From positions 1-61,394 of the IMG/VR virus record IMGVR_UViG_3300036823_000136: 61,394 nucleotides of DNA; one strand, 5' to 3'. The stretch is from a virus. Taxonomy: Duplodnaviria > Caudoviricetes. The translations under genes and the position numbers were made by a program. The notes below the pieces were generated by a model. It was not told the origin of the DNA and made no database searches. It saw only the letters and a program-made list of their open reading frames with translations. This document shows positions 43,496 to 53,481 of the stretch, piece by piece (the first letter of the stretch is position 1; each line of letters opens with the position of its first letter).

Positions 43496-46400
43496 TCACC
43501 TCCTGGAGTTGCTCTTGTTGACCCTATTCACCGCGCTGGCGGTTTCCTGGGCCGACACGACCACCTGGACGCCGGTGAGCGCGTCGGCGAGCGCGGCCGG
43601 GAGATCGCCCTGTCCGGCCATCACGCCGGCGAGCCGGTTCGTGGCGTCGGCCTGAGCCTGTCCGGCGACTGCGGCCTTCTGGGTGAAGTCGGGCACCGAC
43701 GGGATGATCGGCGCCGACACGCCCGGCGTGGTGATGTTCATGGCGTCGCTGACGGCGGCGGCCATCCGCGCGGCCTCGCCGACCGCCGCGCCGGTCTTGA
43801 TCTTGATACCGTCGGCCAGGGCCTGGACGATCGACATACCGGAGTAGAGCGTCCAGCCGCGCCCGGAGAACGGGCCCTCCTTCGCCGGCGAGAAGGGGAG
43901 CAGTGATCGGACCTTCCCGAGGATGTCCTTCACGACGCCGCCCAGCGCACCCGCGGCGGCCTTGATGCCGTCGATGAGTCCCTGAATGATCGCCTTGCCC
44001 GCACGGAAGAGCACGCCGCCCAGGTCGCCCAGGGCACCGAGGATCTTTCCGGGGATGCCCTTCACCCAGTTGATCAAGTCGACGATGCCCTGAGAGGTCG
44101 CCTGCACGGCGGAGTTCCATGTCCGGTTGAAGAAGTCGCGAATGTTGGAGATCAAGTTTCCGATGGCGGTGATGGCGCGGCCGGGGAGGTTGCGGAAGAA
44201 GTCGACGACGGCCACGACGCCTTCGGCCACAGCCGTTTTGGCGCTGTTCCAGGTGTTGACGAAGAAGTCGCGCAGGCCGGTCGCGAGCGACTGGATGCCG
44301 GCCCAGATTTTGCCGGGGAGCGAGGCGAAGAAGCTGCCGACCGCGTCGACGCCGTTGATCACCGCCGTCTTCGCGGCCTCCCAGGCGTTCACGAAGAAGT
44401 CGCGGAGCCCGGTTGCGAGGGTCTGGAGGGCGTCCCAGATTCGGCCCGGCAGGGCGTGGAAGAAGTTCACCACGGCCTCGATGCCCTGGGTGGTGACCTG
44501 CACACCCCACTTGAACGCGGCCACGAGGGCATCACCGATGATCTGGACGAGCTTCCCCAGCGCGAAGAAGATCTGAATCGGCAGCGCGATCATCTCGGCG
44601 ATGACCCACTCGACGCCCTGCACGGTGGCCTGAAGCATGAACTTCGCGGCCTTCAGGAAAGCATCCCACACGATGCCAGGCAACTTGGCCAGGAAGTTTC
44701 CGATCTTGCCGGGCAGGCTCTCGACGAAGCTCAGGGCGGCATTAAACCCGTCCTTGATCTTGTTTCCCAGGTTGACGAAGAAGTCGCCGACGGAGCCTGC
44801 GGCAGACGCGATGCCCGATCCGATGCCCTTGAAGAAGTCGACGATCTTCGTGATGACGCCCTGGAAGAAGCTCGCGATGTTGTTCCAGATCGCCGTCACG
44901 TTCGTCTTGAAGTCGGTGAAGAAGTTGACCACGCCGGTGACGACCTTCTGGACGACGCCCAGGAATCCGACGAGGACAGGTACGACCTTTCCGAGGATCA
45001 CGGCGGCCGTCTGGATCATCGGCGTTTCGGTGGCGGCCCAGAGCTTGATCAACGGCGGCAGGATCGTGGTGATCAGCTGCACGAGCGGCGGCACGAGCGG
45101 CAAGATCGCGGGCAGCAAGCTGACGAAGGCGCCCGCCACCTGGACGATGCTGTCGACCAAGGTCGGGATCTGGGGGATGATCAACCCCAGGGCCTGGACC
45201 AGCGTGCCCGACAGCGAGTCGAGCACCGGCGACAGCGCGGTGAACAGCTTGCCGAAGGCGTCGGCCAGCTTCGGCAGCACCGGCGCGAGCTGGGCGCCCA
45301 GGCCCTCGACGAGCTTCGTCACCGGCGGCGCCAGCGTCTCGATGGCCTTCCCCAGCACCCCGCCGATCAGGCCGGCCAGCTTGCCGACGATCGGCAAAAG
45401 CGCGGTGATCACAGGCGCCAACGCGGTCAGCGCGCGGCCGAAGCCGTCGGCGAAGGCCTTGATGCCCGGCATGGCCGCGGTGAGCCCGTCCCCGACCGCC
45501 TTGACGATCGTCGCCAGCGGGCCCTGGAGGCTGGCTCCGAGCTGAGCGAGAATGCCGATGATCGGCTGGATCACGGACCCGAGAGCCTTGATCACCTGAG
45601 ACAGGCCGGTGATGATCGTCTGCACCTGGCCGGATGCCGCGATCTGGGCGAAGGCGTCGCCAACCGACTTGAGCAGCGAGCCGAACGCGCCGCCCAGCTC
45701 CCTCAGCTGAGGCGCGACCGCCGCGCCCAGGTTGAGGAACCCCTGGACGAAGGCGTTGATGCCCGGCTGCATCTGCTGGATAAACGCGCCGGTCTGCTTG
45801 AACAGGTCGCGGATCTTCGCCAGGTTGTCGCTCTGGGTGAGCAGGTCGGTCATCTTGCCGACGGTCGCCCCGAGGGCGGTTGCCATGGCCTGGAGTCCCA
45901 CGGTGCTCGCGTTGAGCAGCGCCGGCATCTTCGCCACCGCGGGCGCGAGGCTGTGCTCGAAGCTCGCGGAGACCTTCGCCTTCAGATCGTCGACCTGGGC
46001 CCCCAGCGGCTGGAACGCCTTCTTGATCCCGTCGAGCCCCAGTACGATCGCCCCGAGGGCGACGCCGCCGACCGCGGCCAGCGCGGGAAGCGCGGTGATC
46101 AGGCCGCCGATGGGCGCGGCGATCGCGGCGATGCCGCCGCCCATCAACGTCGCCTTGCTCGTGAGCGTGCCGAACACGCCGGAGCCAATCGAGCCCATCG
46201 CGCTGAACTGGCTGGAGAGCAGCGATAGCGGCGACTTGGCGACGCCGTCGATCAGCTTGCCGAAGGCGGACGTGTCGGTGCCCAGCTTGCGCAGCTTCGA
46301 GGAGAACGACGTGCCCTCGTCGCCGGAGTCCTTCGTCTTCTTGCGGAAGATGTCCAGCGAGCCGCTGACCGCGGAGAGCACTTTCGAGCCGTCGACGAGC

Positions 46401-46819
46401 GACTTCAGCCAGCTTTTGTTCTGGGTTTCGCCGTCCTTCTGGACCTTCGTCAGCTGGCCGTGCGCGACCGCGAGCTTCTGTGTCGAGATGGTGACCTTGT
46501 CGCCGGCCACGGCGGCTTCGGCCTTGGCCTTGGTGAGGGAGCGCTCCGCGGCGTCGATCTCCTTGGTGGTGGCGCCTTCCTTCTGCCGCACCGTCTGGAG
46601 ACTCTTCTCGGCGGCCGTCACCTTGTCGGTCGCCGCGCGGAGCCCGTCCTCAGCGTTGATCAGGTCCAGGTCCGCCTTGCGGAGGTCCTGGGTGACCTTG
46701 ACCAACGGGTCACTGTCGATCTTCACGCCCTTGAGCGCGTCGTTCAGATCCCGGTTGATCGTCTTCTTCAGGTCGTCGGCCATGGCGTCGATCCGGATGG
46801 ACGCTTCACCAATCAGCAC
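43496..46819 (-). CDS. Tape measure protein
   Basis: IGEASIRI N-terminus; helical Ala/Leu/Gly content; FF..LPG.IW repeats; PFSPAKEGP. Confidence 0.92.
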   Translation of the reverse strand: MLIGEASIRIDAMADDLKKTINRDLNDALKGVKIDSDPLVKVTQDLRKADLDLINAEDGLRAATDKVTAAEKSLQTVRQKEGATTKEIDAAERSLTKAKAEAAVAGDKVTISTQKLAVAHGQLTKVQKDGETQNKSWLKSLVDGSKVLSAVSGSLDIFRKKTKDSGDEGTSFSSKLRKLGTDTSAFGKLIDGVAKSPLSLLSSQFSAMGSIGSGVFGTLTSKATLMGGGIAAIAAPIGGLITALPALAAVGGVALGAIVLGLDGIKKAFQPLGAQVDDLKAKVSASFEHSLAPAVAKMPALLNASTVGLQAMATALGATVGKMTDLLTQSDNLAKIRDLFKQTGAFIQQMQPGINAFVQGFLNLGAAVAPQLRELGGAFGSLLKSVGDAFAQIAASGQVQTIITGLSQVIKALGSVIQPIIGILAQLGASLQGPLATIVKAVGDGLTAAMPGIKAFADGFGRALTALAPVITALLPIVGKLAGLIGGVLGKAIETLAPPVTKLVEGLGAQLAPVLPKLADAFGKLFTALSPVLDSLSGTLVQALGLIIPQIPTLVDSIVQVAGAFVSLLPAILPLVPPLVQLITTILPPLIKLWAATETPMIQTAAVILGKVVPVLVGFLGVVQKVVTGVVNFFTDFKTNVTAIWNNIASFFQGVITKIVDFFKGIGSGIASAAGSVGDFFVNLGNKIKDGFNAALSFVESLPGKIGNFLAKLPGIVWDAFLKAAKFMLQATVQGVEWVIAEMIALPIQIFFALGKLVQIIGDALVAAFKWGVQVTTQGIEAVVNFFHALPGRIWDALQTLATGLRDFFVNAWEAAKTAVINGVDAVGSFFASLPGKIWAGIQSLATGLRDFFVNTWNSAKTAVAEGVVAVVDFFRNLPGRAITAIGNLISNIRDFFNRTWNSAVQATSQGIVDLINWVKGIPGKILGALGDLGGVLFRAGKAIIQGLIDGIKAAAGALGGVVKDILGKVRSLLPFSPAKEGPFSGRGWTLYSGMSIVQALADGIKIKTGAAVGEAARMAAAVSDAMNITTPGVSAPIIPSVPDFTQKAAVAGQAQADATNRLAGVMAGQGDLPAALADALTGVQVVVSAQETASAVNRVNKSNSRR

Positions 46820-46830
46820 CGGCCGGCCTC

Positions 46831-47133
46831 CTACCCGTTCAGCAACCCGCCCCCCAGCGCTTGCTGCTCAGGCGTGATGCCCCAGGTCTCCCTGGCCGCC
46901 TTCGGGTCGATCTGGGCATCAACGGCAGTCAGGGCGTCCTCGACCTTCTTGATGTCCTCGACCGGAGTCTCCAGCATGATGACGAACAGCGCGTCCAACC
47001 AGCCGGAAAGCGGTGTCCGTGGACCGCGGCCGTCGAGCCCAGCCAAGCCGGCCATGGCCAGGCGTCCGTTGGTGTACCGGTCGTGGAAAGTGGACTGGGC
47101 GATGGTCAGCAGACCTACCGCCCGGTGGTAGGG
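46831..47133 (-). CDS. Tail assembly chaperone, frameshifted (GT) portion
   Basis: -1 frame open from CCC TAC at 47128-47133 to stop just before the tape measure. Confidence 0.7.
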   Translation of the reverse strand, partial: PYHRAVGLLTIAQSTFHDRYTNGRLAMAGLAGLDGRGPRTPLSGWLDALFVIMLETPVEDIKKVEDALTAVDAQIDPKAARETWGITPEQQALGGGLLNG

Positions 47134-47675
47134 CGCCCGCTGCTCGCGGTGAACAGATCCTGCATGACCTGGACGACAGTGTTGATCTGGATCTTCGCCG
47201 TCTCGTCCTCGAACATCAGCTGGTGCAGCCGCCGCCGCGATGACCCGGCCTCGAAGGCCTCGAACTTCTCCCGCTCGACGATCGGACGGATCGAGCCGTC
47301 CGGCGCCCGGAAGTTCGCCGGTTCGAGCAGCTGCTCCTCGTCGTCGTCCACGGTGCCGATCACCAGCGTGGCTCCGGGCTCGACGCGCTTGGGCACCCGC
47401 GGCAGCTCCTGAAACTCCCACGACAGCGGCACGCCGTCGTTGTTCTTGATCATTCGCGGGAGGATGTCCCGGAGCACCAGCAGGAGCTTCGAACCGTCGT
47501 CGGAGTTCGCGGCCACGGCGAACCGCGTGAAGTCCGACGAGGACGGGTCGGGCCGGCCGACGAAGTCGTGCTCCCGGATCTCGCGCTCACCGTTGTCATC
47601 CTCGTGCACCACGCGCAGGGAGAAGGGGACTTCGGGGATCTCGGGAACCGTGTCGGGACCGTACGTCTTGGGCAT
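47115..47675 (-). CDS. Tail assembly chaperone (G)
   Basis: Ends GRPTTGR; upstream of tape measure. Confidence 0.75.
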   Translation of the reverse strand: MPKTYGPDTVPEIPEVPFSLRVVHEDDNGEREIREHDFVGRPDPSSSDFTRFAVAANSDDGSKLLLVLRDILPRMIKNNDGVPLSWEFQELPRVPKRVEPGATLVIGTVDDDEEQLLEPANFRAPDGSIRPIVEREKFEAFEAGSSRRRLHQLMFEDETAKIQINTVVQVMQDLFTASSGRPTTGR

Positions 47676-47685
47676 GGCGTTCCTC

Positions 47686-48114
47686 TCAGCGAGCGGCTTG
47701 AGTGATGGAGTCGCGGACGAAGTTGTTCGCGCGCGTGCCCGGGTGGCGGACCTCGCGGGCGAACCGGACGGCGCCGCCGGACATGAAGCGCAGGGCGGCA
47801 TTCGGACGGTCCGGCCGCGCGCGGATGACGTGCGCCGGCGTGCCGTACAGGATGTACCCGAGATAGTCGGTCTGCCCCTGCTTGCCCATCAGCACCTCGA
47901 CGAACGGTCGGAGCCCGTTGCTGCCCTCGTTCTTGCGCGAGGTGGCCGCGAGCCGGCCGGTGCGCCGCGGGACCCGGCGGAGCTGGTACTGCTGGACGTT
48001 GTTCGCCCGGCGGCGGATATCCCGGCGGATCGGCCCGTTCGAGTCGTTGACGAAGACGGCGAACTCACCGTCGTCGACGCCGCCGTGGGCCGACTTGATC
48101 ACGATGCGCGCCAT
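47686..48114 (-). CDS. HK97 gp10-like tail completion protein
   Basis: P.RTG.L; Y...GT.AH.I; V.HPGT.AN.F. Confidence 0.8.
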   Translation of the reverse strand: MARIVIKSAHGGVDDGEFAVFVNDSNGPIRRDIRRRANNVQQYQLRRVPRRTGRLAATSRKNEGSNGLRPFVEVLMGKQGQTDYLGYILYGTPAHVIRARPDRPNAALRFMSGGAVRFAREVRHPGTRANNFVRDSITQAAR

Positions 48115-48677
48115 TACAGCACCACGGGATCGGGCAGCGCGAGCAGCGCCTCCACTGAGTAGGCGATGGAGGCCTCGATGGCGTAGAAGGCGCCCGTCGG
48201 GCCCAGCGGCGCAACCGGGCCCACGTCGACCGGGACGTTCTTCGGCGCCCAGTCCGGCGGCGCGCTGCCGACGTTCACGAGCGCCTGGGAGAGCAGCGCC
48301 ATGTCCACGAGCATCTGGCGACCGGCCGCGTCCGTCTCCTCGTTGCTCGGGTAGCCCGCGGCGGTGCACGAGCCCGCGCATCGCACGATCTGGATCATGT
48401 AGCTGACCGCGCGGTACGTCATCACCGACGCCGGGGTGCCGACCCGCGGCCGGAGCGCCGTCGTTCCGGTGCCACCCGCGGCGTCGATGATGCCGCCGGT
48501 GCCGACGCTGAACTGTTCGCAGTCCCAGGCGTCCAGGGACAGCTGGCCGGGCGCGATGCGGCGCGCGGTCGGCAGCGCGACGTTGTTCGCCGTGAAGTGG
48601 TCGGTGACGTAGGCCGCGATGTTCTCCGCGTACGAGACGAGGTCCGGCCCCGTCTTCGGCAGCACATCGGGGTTCAC
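48114..48677 (-). CDS. Tail terminator-like protein
   Basis: WDCEQ, I.RC and GP.G motifs; position in tail module. Confidence 0.65.
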   Translation of the reverse strand: MNPDVLPKTGPDLVSYAENIAAYVTDHFTANNVALPTARRIAPGQLSLDAWDCEQFSVGTGGIIDAAGGTGTTALRPRVGTPASVMTYRAVSYMIQIVRCAGSCTAAGYPSNEETDAAGRQMLVDMALLSQALVNVGSAPPDWAPKNVPVDVGPVAPLGPTGAFYAIEASIAYSVEALLALPDPVVL

Positions 48678-48889
48678 CGCCGCGCCACCTTCGCCCGCGC
48701 GGCCTCCATCTCCGCCGCGGTGGGCGTGCGGCGCGGCCGACGACCCTTGCGCGCCGGGCGCTTCTCCTCCACGGCGACGGGCTCAGGCGGAGTGGGCTCC
48801 ACGACGGGCGCGGGCGGCGGGGTGGTGTCTTCGTCCGGTGGCGGCTCCGCGTGGCCGGAGAAGGGATCGTGCGGCCTGATCAGCGTCAT
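48674..48889 (-). CDS. Small Pro-rich, basic-tailed protein (probably leaderless)
   Basis: ATG 7 nt after TACGAT. Confidence 0.6.
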   Translation of the reverse strand: MTLIRPHDPFSGHAEPPPDEDTTPPPAPVVEPTPPEPVAVEEKRPARKGRRPRRTPTAAEMEAARAKVARR

Positions 48890-48913
48890 GCCGGATATCG
48901 TAGCCGGATCTTG

Positions 48914-48930
48914 CCCCCTTAAGCAGGGGG
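48914..48930 (-). promoter_or_regulatory. Operator 14 upstream of an internal tail-operon promoter
   Basis: CCCCCTTAAGCAGGGGG. Confidence 0.6.
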
Positions 48931-49761
48931 ACCGATCCGTGTACCGGTCGGCATGTCCGGCGTCCACACGGCGGCGCGCATGGTCCGCCGACCACCGCCC
49001 TTGAGCGTGGGGTTCACCGACTCGATCCAGGTGTCCACTGCGGGGACGCCGGTACGGCGCTCCTTCAGATACACCGACGGGTCCAGGGTGATTGAGATCC
49101 CCTGGCGCACGACCTGGGTCGCGTTCTGCGGGATCGCGCACTGCTCACCGCACCAGGACTTCACCAGCTCGATCGCCAGCGTCACGCACGCGACAATCCC
49201 GCCCATCGGCGGGTTGTCGCCCTTGGCGTAGGTGATGGTCGTCGGTCCGGTCGGGCCGCACACCGACCACGTCTTGCCGTCGACCCGCTCCAGCCAGCCG
49301 GACTTGCTCAGCCGGTACGCGGTCGGATCGAGCACCGTGGCGTCGCCCAGCACCACGGACGTGATGGCCGTGGTGTCCACCTCCAGCTGGATGGCGGTCG
49401 GGGATGGGTGGCCGCCACGCCACGCCGAGCTGTAGGCCCACGAGTCGTAGATCGAGCCGCCCCACGAACCCCCGAGCCGGTACCAGCACCCGCACGTCCA
49501 CGCGGCCGGCCACAGCGCGGAGCCGATCCGCGGCGGCCGGGAGCGCAGGACCATCCGGTCAGTGCAGCCCTCGCCGCGCCACTGCCGCCCGGTCAGCTCG
49601 TAGAGCTGCTCCGCGGCCATGCGCAGGATCGTCACCCACTGGTCGTCGCTGGCCTTCGGCCGGAACGTCTCCGGGATGTTGCTCGGAGACGCCCACGGCC
49701 CGCACAGGATGGCGCTGGCCTGTGCGGGCGGGACATCGGGAATCGGGAGCGGCTGGCTCAC
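48919..49761 (-). CDS. Head-to-tail adaptor
   Basis: A..L..LTGRQ..C; LA.E....C...C.IP....V.RQG; TG...VD.WI..VNP. Confidence 0.8.
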   Translation of the reverse strand: MSQPLPIPDVPPAQASAILCGPWASPSNIPETFRPKASDDQWVTILRMAAEQLYELTGRQWRGEGCTDRMVLRSRPPRIGSALWPAAWTCGCWYRLGGSWGGSIYDSWAYSSAWRGGHPSPTAIQLEVDTTAITSVVLGDATVLDPTAYRLSKSGWLERVDGKTWSVCGPTGPTTITYAKGDNPPMGGIVACVTLAIELVKSWCGEQCAIPQNATQVVRQGISITLDPSVYLKERRTGVPAVDTWIESVNPTLKGGGRRTMRAAVWTPDMPTGTRIGPPA

Positions 49762-50423
49762 GTCTGAGCGATCACCGGGACGAAGCCCGCGTCCATGTCC
49801 GGAAGCGCGGCTTCGCGGACGTACTGCCAGACGCGGTCCGACGGGTAGGTGAAGTCGTTGTTCGGGCCAGTGCCCCAGCCGGGGTTCTGGACCGAGTAGC
49901 CGTCGAACTCCGGCAGCATCGCGGAGTCGCCGCCCAGGACCCACGAGCCCGACGGGATCAGGAACGTCTTCGGCAGCACCCAGTGGAAGAACGGCAGCGT
50001 GCCGGCCATCGAGCTGCCGATGATGGCGCGCGTCCAGAACTCCAGGCTGACGCCGTTGGGGGTCTCCTCCACGCCGGTCTGCGGAGCCCGGTACCCGATC
50101 TGGTTCGGGATGGTGGCGGAATCCGAGATGGTGTCGCCGCCGATCAGGAACTGGAGCAGGTTCGGATCCGGCGTGCAGATCTGGAGACCGGCGATGGAGC
50201 CGCGCTTCAGGGTGTAGGGCGCCTGGTAGTTGACGCACGCCACGCCGGTGCCGTTGAGCTGGGTGACCTGCTTGGCGTCCTCGTACTCCAGGCCGACCTC
50301 GACCTTCACCAGGGCGTCGCTGACGTAGCTGTTCTGGGCGCCCACGACAGGCAGCCCAGCCGCGTCGAGCTTCGTAGCGCGAAGGCCAAGCGCGAACAGC
50401 GTGCCCGCACCGTCATAAGACAT
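49758..50423 (-). CDS. Major tail protein
   Basis: RATKLD..G.P; G..C; C..DP; LE.W; WG.GP. Confidence 0.8.
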   Translation of the reverse strand: MSYDGAGTLFALGLRATKLDAAGLPVVGAQNSYVSDALVKVEVGLEYEDAKQVTQLNGTGVACVNYQAPYTLKRGSIAGLQICTPDPNLLQFLIGGDTISDSATIPNQIGYRAPQTGVEETPNGVSLEFWTRAIIGSSMAGTLPFFHWVLPKTFLIPSGSWVLGGDSAMLPEFDGYSVQNPGWGTGPNNDFTYPSDRVWQYVREAALPDMDAGFVPVIAQT

Positions 50424-50435
50424 GATCGTTTCTCC

Positions 50436-51581
50436 TCACGGTTCCGGGAACTGGATCGCGTAGTGGCAGCAGGGGTCGAACGCCACGCCGAACATGCGGT
50501 CCGCCCACAAGGTCCGGAGATTGGTACGGCGGTCGACCGTGACCGCGTCGTCATCCGGGGTGGACACCACCTCGGACAGCCGCGCGAGCACGGGCCCGGT
50601 CGCGTACGCCCAGTTACCCGCACGGGGAGCAGGCGCGACGCCGGGAGTAGTGGTGGCCACCGTGACGCCCGGCGTGGTGCCGCCCGTCAGTGAGCTGGTG
50701 GCCGTCATCTGCGGAACGTTGCCCAGCGTGGATGGGAAGGTCACCGTGTACGGGCCGCTCCCGGTGACGGTGACGCCGCCTAGGCCCGGCAGCGCGCGCA
50801 AGGCCGTCTGGACCGCGCTCGCCGTCGCGTTGAAGGCGATGGCCGCCGTTGTGCCCGCTCCCGCGATAGGCACGGTCAGGGTGAAGGTTCCGCCTGTCGG
50901 CGAGCCGCCGATGGTGACCGTCTGGACTTCGGCGGTGCCGCCGTCGAGCGGACCCTCGCCGGAGTAGCCCGCGTCGGCCACCACGATCGCGTCGGTGAAG
51001 GTGCGGATCTCGTTGCCCGCGCGGAGCAGCTGGGCGGCCACCTGGGTTGCGTACCGGATCGGGACGTGCAGGATGACCTGCTGCCCCTTGGTCTGCTCGC
51101 GCGCCGCCTGCTCCAGGTAGCCCAGCGCGTCGAGCGCGGACGTGGCGCCGGTGAGCACGGCGGCGTTGCCGTCGGCCAGGTACGGGTTCTGGGTGCTTCC
51201 GTCGAGCGCCGGCGCCGGGAACGGGTCGGCCAGCGTGCCGGCGCCGGTCCACAATTCGCGGGCCACGGCGTACGAGGCGACTGCCTGGGCCTGCCGGAGC
51301 AGCCGAGCCAGGTGCTGATCCCGTCCGAGCTGGCCGGTGGAGCACACGTCCTTCAGCCGGTAGGCCGACGGCTGCACGTAGACCGGCGCGTTCAGCGTGC
51401 CGTCGGTGTCACCCGGATCGGCGCAAGCTGCGAACACCTGGAGCTGAGGGCACGTCTCGCCAGCGAAGGCGAACCCGTTGGCCCATCGGGTGTCGGGACT
51501 CGCGGGTGGGACCGCGGTCGCGAGGAGGTTCGCGGAGTTCTGCGCCGCGGCGCGAGGCGCGTCTACCGGCTGGTAGTACAC
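50436..51581 (-). CDS. Capsid pentamer-type protein with inserted beta-rich domain
   Basis: Follows major capsid; RW.NG..C..YATGPV..R..N..A.R..FDPC; insert EVQTVT..GGTFTL. Confidence 0.7.
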   Translation of the reverse strand: MYYQPVDAPRAAAQNSANLLATAVPPASPDTRWANGFAFAGETCPQLQVFAACADPGDTDGTLNAPVYVQPSAYRLKDVCSTGQLGRDQHLARLLRQAQAVASYAVARELWTGAGTLADPFPAPALDGSTQNPYLADGNAAVLTGATSALDALGYLEQAAREQTKGQQVILHVPIRYATQVAAQLLRAGNEIRTFTDAIVVADAGYSGEGPLDGGTAEVQTVTIGGSPTGGTFTLTVPIAGAGTTAAIAFNATASAVQTALRALPGLGGVTVTGSGPYTVTFPSTLGNVPQMTATSSLTGGTTPGVTVATTTPGVAPAPRAGNWAYATGPVLARLSEVVSTPDDDAVTVDRRTNLRTLWADRMFGVAFDPCCHYAIQFPEP

Positions 51582-51616
51582 GTGGCGCTCCTTTCAGCGG
51601 ATGTCCGGTCAGGATG

Positions 51617-51654
51617 AAACCCGGCGATCCCCGTCGGGGTAGGGGATCGCCGGG
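51617..51654 (-). terminator. Terminator/attenuator after major capsid gene
   Basis: 13-bp stem CCCGGCGATCCCC followed by TTT on - strand. Confidence 0.7.
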
Positions 51655-51660
51655 GGATCA

Positions 51661-53397
51661 TCAGCTGGCCGCATCCGTCCAGCCGCCGGCGGGAACGGCC
51701 TTGGTACCGGCCGCGGACCCGTCCGGTCGGAGCGGCAGCACGATGCGCAGCGACTCCTTGCCCTCGAAGGCCACGCCCTCGAAGGTCTCGATGAACGTCT
51801 GGTAGCGGTTCCGCTTGTTCAGCTCGGAGTCCCGGACCAGGCCCAGGTCCAGGGTGCCGCCGTCGAGGAACAGCCAGTCGCCCTCGACGAACAGCAAGCT
51901 GTCGACGTTGGCGGGGTAGGCCGGGACCACGGCGCCCGCGGTGCTGTCGGCGTACCACTGCTGGGCGATGGAAACGCCGTTCACGGTGGCGGCGTTCAGG
52001 CCGTCCAGGTGCCAGGTGACGTTCACGTTCCGGGTGGAGAACCAGGCCTCGATCTGGGCCTGGGCGATGGCGAACAGCTCCGCCGGCGAGCCCATCGTCA
52101 TGCGGCGCGCGAGGTCGGTACGGAGCAGGTTCACCACCCACTGGGGCATGATCGTCCGCAGAGCCACCGAGTCGTTGAGACGGTGCCGCGAGCGGTAGTA
52201 GGCGATCACCCGGTCGTAAGTGGTGAGCAGGTCGGCCACCGCGGAAATGACGCCGCCCAGGCCCTTGAGCACCTTCGAGCCGGCGTTGAGCTGGGTGAGC
52301 AGCTGGTTCTCCGCGAAGCGGGACCACGCGATCTGTGCGGCCTGGGTGGTCGCGCTGACCCACTCGGTGTCGAACCGCGCGGTCATGTTCGGGAACTCCA
52401 GGCACATGTACGTGGAGTAGATCGACGCTTCGAGCACGCCGGGGCAGTCCACCACGTAGCAGCTCTTGTACACGTTGGTGTCCGGATCGGCCGGCGGGAT
52501 CACGATCGCCTGGTCGTCCGACTGGGTCCAGATGCCCAGCCCGGCCGACATGCTCAGCGCGTCGAAAGGCGCCCGGTACTGGATGACACCGCGATCGGTC
52601 CGGAACGCGTTGAGCGCACCCTTCACCGGGCGGTCGGTGACGCCCAGCACGCGGATGTCGTACTTGACCTCCGGCGGCAGGCAGAGCCCGCCCGCGGCCA
52701 CGATGGCTTCCGGGTCGGTGGCCGCCGCGATGCGCTTGGTGTTCAGCGACGGGTCGGACCCGAGGACGCGCTCCGCCGGGTAGGCGAACTCGACGCGGGC
52801 AACTTCCTGGCGCCCGCTGCCACCGGCCGCGTTGATCTTGGTGGCGAAGGCCTCCAGGAAGGTCTCGTCCGTCAGCGGGGTGCCCGCTTCCATGCCCGGC
52901 ACGCCGCCGCGAACCACCGTCTTGGTGTTCACGAACTGGGCCGCCGCCGCGGTCGCCTCGGGGGACTTGTCGCCGTTCAGCTTGCCCAGTCCGGCCGACG
53001 CGGTGCGCGACTTCGCCGGGGCCTTCTTGGTGGCGGGCTTCGCGTCGTCGTCGGCGGGCTCGCCTTCCTTGGCCAGGTCGTCGCCGGTCGGCACGGCGCC
53101 CTCGTTCTCCGGGGCGTCCGGGTGCGGAACGTTGTCGCGGGACGGGTCGTGCACACCGTCCAACTCCGCGAGCGCGGCCTGCTGATCCGCGGCCAGCTGG
53201 CGGTTCGCCACGATCTGGGCGGACAGTGCCTTCGCGTTGTCGCGAGCCGCAGTCAGTGCGGCCACGTTCTCCGCGCTGGGAGCGTTGGTGGCCAGCTCCA
53301 CGCCGTTCGCACGGACAGCCTCCAGGGCGGCCGACAGGTCCGTTTCGCTGGCGTTCGCAAGATCCGCGAGGATCTCCGCAATGCGCTTCGGGTCCAC
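51661..53397 (-). CDS. Major capsid (hexamer) protein with N-terminal scaffold-like region
   Basis: AIVAAGGLC.P; LDGGTLDLGLVRDS.LN..N.Y..F.ETFE; GTG after GAAGGGG. Confidence 0.9.
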   Translation of the reverse strand: MDPKRIAEILADLANASETDLSAALEAVRANGVELATNAPSAENVAALTAARDNAKALSAQIVANRQLAADQQAALAELDGVHDPSRDNVPHPDAPENEGAVPTGDDLAKEGEPADDDAKPATKKAPAKSRTASAGLGKLNGDKSPEATAAAAQFVNTKTVVRGGVPGMEAGTPLTDETFLEAFATKINAAGGSGRQEVARVEFAYPAERVLGSDPSLNTKRIAAATDPEAIVAAGGLCLPPEVKYDIRVLGVTDRPVKGALNAFRTDRGVIQYRAPFDALSMSAGLGIWTQSDDQAIVIPPADPDTNVYKSCYVVDCPGVLEASIYSTYMCLEFPNMTARFDTEWVSATTQAAQIAWSRFAENQLLTQLNAGSKVLKGLGGVISAVADLLTTYDRVIAYYRSRHRLNDSVALRTIMPQWVVNLLRTDLARRMTMGSPAELFAIAQAQIEAWFSTRNVNVTWHLDGLNAATVNGVSIAQQWYADSTAGAVVPAYPANVDSLLFVEGDWLFLDGGTLDLGLVRDSELNKRNRYQTFIETFEGVAFEGKESLRIVLPLRPDGSAAGTKAVPAGGWTDAAS

Positions 53398-53481
53398 GTT
53401 CGGCCCCTTCCATCTCGTCTCGGTGACGGGGGCCGTCCGGTGCTTAGAGCGCCAGCGCGAGGGGCTTGGAGCCGAAACGCG

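Noticed and set aside
43900-45600. Periodic repeats in the tape measure gene
   Set aside because: Ordinary Trp/Phe-spaced helical repeats typical of tape measure proteins
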